DNA from: Lingula anatina
Taxonomy: Eukaryota > Animalia > Brachiopoda
NCBI GenBank assembly: GCA_051362555.1
Contig: CM120640.1
Location: forward strand, 56,708,788 to 56,772,787
Length of the DNA: 64,000 bases
Direction of reading: 5' to 3'
The stretch's first letter is position 1, and each line of letters begins with the position of its first letter. This document shows positions 62,566 through 64,000 of this stretch, in pieces. A model generated the notes under the pieces. The model made no database searches, had not been told where the DNA came from, and saw nothing but the letters and a program-made list of their open reading frames with translations. The position numbers and the translations under genes were made by a program.

Positions 62566-64000
62566 ATGCCAACAGCAGCATCAACAACAATGGAGGAGAT
62601 ACCCAGTATTACCAAGGAACTTTTGTTTGCACATGCTCCCTATGATGTCTGGTGGAAACTTGCTACAAGGCTAGATCCTGACTCCACTGTCAGTGGGAAT
62701 GACTGGAGACTTATGGCTTCCAAATGTGGTTTTGATAATACACAAATTGTGGTAAGAGTTTGTTAGTAGTTTTTTTTCTTTAATGTACATGTACACGTGT
62801 GTATTATTATGAAAATAATGTTTTTTTTTTAATTTTTTTTTGCTGAAGAGCAAATGGGCGGTTAATGGCCTTGCTAAAGGTTGATTGTATTTTTTTTCTT
62901 TTTAGCATATTAATTCACTTCAGCGAAATCATGGGAGCAATACTATAAAAGTATTTGAAAAGCTATGTACAGAGAGGCAAGAGATGACAGTTTATGAAAT
63001 GTTAGCCATATTCAATGATATGGAACGGGCTGATGTCTTTGAAATACTGAAAGATTCTGTCACAGGTGAGGGTGCATGACTACCTTATGTTGCAAGGGGT
63101 AGGACATCTCTGAGGGAGAGACATCAAATACATTTGTTAAAAAATAAAGCTTACAGTTTCAATGTTGTAATATCAACATTTGAACCACTCGGCTATGAAA
63201 AGAATATATTTTCTCCTGTGTAACTGTTGATTGATGATGAAGGCAATTTTGTTCAGAATTTACTACCAATGATGGAGAGGTTTGATAGACATGTCCTGTG
63301 ACTTGAATTATTTTTAATGCAGAGTTCATTGAATTCATATTTTTTCATCCGTTCATGGTATCATATTCAACTTATATTTGATCAACATTGATTTGCACAG
63401 TTTAAGAAAAAAAATTGAGAAAAGAATTCTTGTGATATGTTTCAGAAATCAAGAAACAAAAAGAAAATCGCTCATCACTAAATTATCTTCCATCTGGTCA
63501 GCAGCACACAGAAGCTTGTACATGTCATAGTGGTCAGTTTGCCAGGCCAGCATGTGAAGATGGAATACCTATACCACCCAAGAGAAAAAAACATCGGGGG
63601 AGTTCTCCTCCAGACCAGTTGGGTGTAGTCAGCAGCTCTGTGGACAGTGATGGTGATGTTATGATGGACAGTCTGGGCAATGATGTTTCAGGTATGCAGC
63701 AACATCACCATCAGCAGCATCAACAACAACAACAAGACATGGACATAGACATTGCAATGATGCATGATTTGAGTAGTTATGGTGATCCTTTGCTTAGTGA
63801 TTACAGCTTGCATGTGTGTTCTAATGGAAGTTTGCCTCCTGTCACCTCTTTCCTGTCTGGGCCTGAAAACATGGCCTTAGCTCCTTTAGAATCTGGCAGT
63901 ATTGTACCCCTGGAAGTTGGCCTGGCACGCACAGCTAACAATCATCAGCCAGACAGCTACAGCAGTGAAAATACAAGTGAGGTCAAACCAACCTCTTTGA
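62566..64000 (+). CDS. N-terminal death-domain protein (MyD88/IRAK-class DD followed by a long low-complexity linker); 3' end lies beyond the window
   Basis: Exons 62566-62751, 62906-63065, 63446->64000 (open to the window end, in phase). KLATRLDPDSTVSGNDWRLMASKCGFDNTQI...SNTIKVFEKL...MTVYEMLAIFNDMERADVFEIL fits the six-helix death-domain pattern. It is followed by PPKRKKHR and a Q/H-rich tract. Confidence 0.85.

Noticed and set aside
63150-63200. Minus-strand TAGCCGAGTGGTT, tRNA A-box-like (similar at ~44696-44707)
   Set aside because: No B-box or cloverleaf; at most a decayed SINE head.

Overview
AT-rich metazoan genomic DNA, most likely a lophotrochozoan or mollusc-like invertebrate (inferred from gene and repeat style). 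It has spliceosomal introns and no prokaryotic features. I assembled seven intron-containing protein-coding genes by hand from GT/GC-AG junctions with consistent reading phase: ZRANB1/Trabid (minus strand, runs off the left end), a PEBP/RKIP-family gene (+), GOLT1B (+), an OATP/SLCO4-like transporter (-), LRRIQ1 (+, 28 coding exons, ~1493 aa), a GPI-anchored Ly6/uPAR three-finger protein (+), and an N-terminal death-domain protein (+, runs off the right end). Two pairs are head-to-head (ZRANB1/PEBP and SLCO/LRRIQ1). Introns and intergenic DNA carry many non-autonomous DNA transposons (Harbinger-, MULE-, Kolobok-, hAT-, CMC- and Helentron-like), a LINE 3' remnant, a pogo-like transposase tail with a PHD finger, and microsatellites. 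I cannot demonstrate a new biological system from the sequence alone. The best leads are: an unassigned death-domain adaptor among NF-kB/TAK1-related genes, a Trabid-PEBP bidirectional promoter, a dense uORF array in the SLCO leader, an RNA structure over the Ly6 exon-2 acceptor, a GC-AG intron and long single alpha-helix in LRRIQ1, and an inverted MITE pair in one intron. Family assignments come from recalled motifs, not database searches.
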